The notes below the pieces were generated by a model. That model was given only the letters and a program-made list of their open reading frames with translations, was not told the origin of the DNA and ran no database searches. A stretch of DNA of 61,297 bases, the filler included, from Sphacelaria rigidula (taxonomy: Eukaryota), in NCBI GenBank assembly GCA_964200075.2. It is 8 parts of 8 records of this genome, joined end to end, with 100 filler letters (N's around TTAATTAATTAA, not from the genome) between each part and the next. Parts side by side here need not be neighbours in the genome. Positions count along the whole stretch, not along the records: positions 53,724 to 61,297 come from CAXNAA020014278.1; 7 more parts are not named here. The stretch is one strand, 5' to 3'. A program made the position numbers and the translations under genes. Positions 60,836-61,297 of this stretch are shown one piece after another; position 1 is the first letter of the stretch, and each line of letters opens with the position of its first letter.

Positions 60836-61297
60836 TTAAGCTGACCCAGTTCGTGCAGTGCCTAGTTCTCCGAATCCATATAGCGCGAGGGAATTGACTG
60901 CGGTCTCGCAACACTCCACCATCTCGGCGGCTCTCACCCACAGAGTGCAGCGCACAACTGCGTCCCATGATATCATGTTAGGCCTCAAGAGTTCCGTGAT
61001 CCCGCGGTTGTAGCTCTGTAGTGCTTCGGTGTGGAACCTCTCCTGGATTTTGCGTGAAAGGTCAACAACATTCACGCATGCCACAGTCAAGTGATAAATG
61101 AGACTGCCGCATGGATGCTGGATTCAGGCGAGTCAGCCAACGGTAGTGTTGAGGTATTTGCACAATGAAAAGAACTCGTGTGTGTGTGTCGATGCAGAGG
61201 GTGTGGAGGAGTCATGCTACGATGGTGGGAGAGGGGGGGGAGGGGGGGGGGAGATGTCAAGACTATGCCAGAAGGTCTGGAGACGAGGGAGAATGAG

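Overview
This is not one locus. It is eight unrelated, size-sorted contigs of 7,574-7,575 bp, joined by 100-bp artificial linkers (N44-TTAATTAATTAA-N44). Contigs: 1-7575, 7676-15250, 15351-22925, 23026-30600, 30701-38275, 38376-45949, 46050-53623, 53724-61297. The DNA is eukaryotic, intron-rich and repeat-dense. It is most likely from a brown alga or other stramenopile (inference from short GT-AG exons, a plastid/cyanobacterial-type DUF92 exon and degenerate TTAGGG tracts). Most long six-frame ORFs are spurious or transposon debris. Supported gene pieces are a DUF92/VTE6-like exon, a spliced RanBP2-type zinc-finger gene, several unassigned exons and a decayed multi-exon gene in contig 8. Mobile DNA includes LINE remnants, an intron-bounded PIF/Harbinger transposase exon, a spliced Sola/DUF7869-like transposase, nested Tc1/mariner-type MITEs, piggyBac-type TTAA elements, tRNA-like SINEs and several fold-backs. 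The most distinctive signal is a ~0.6-kb non-coding element found in at least five contigs. It ends in CATGAGTACA(C)n rather than poly(A), is variably 5'-truncated, and is flanked by 13-18-bp target-site duplications that begin in C-rich sequence. It looks like a poly(C)-tailed, C-tract-targeting retroposon. All family assignments come from motif recognition by eye; no database searches were run.
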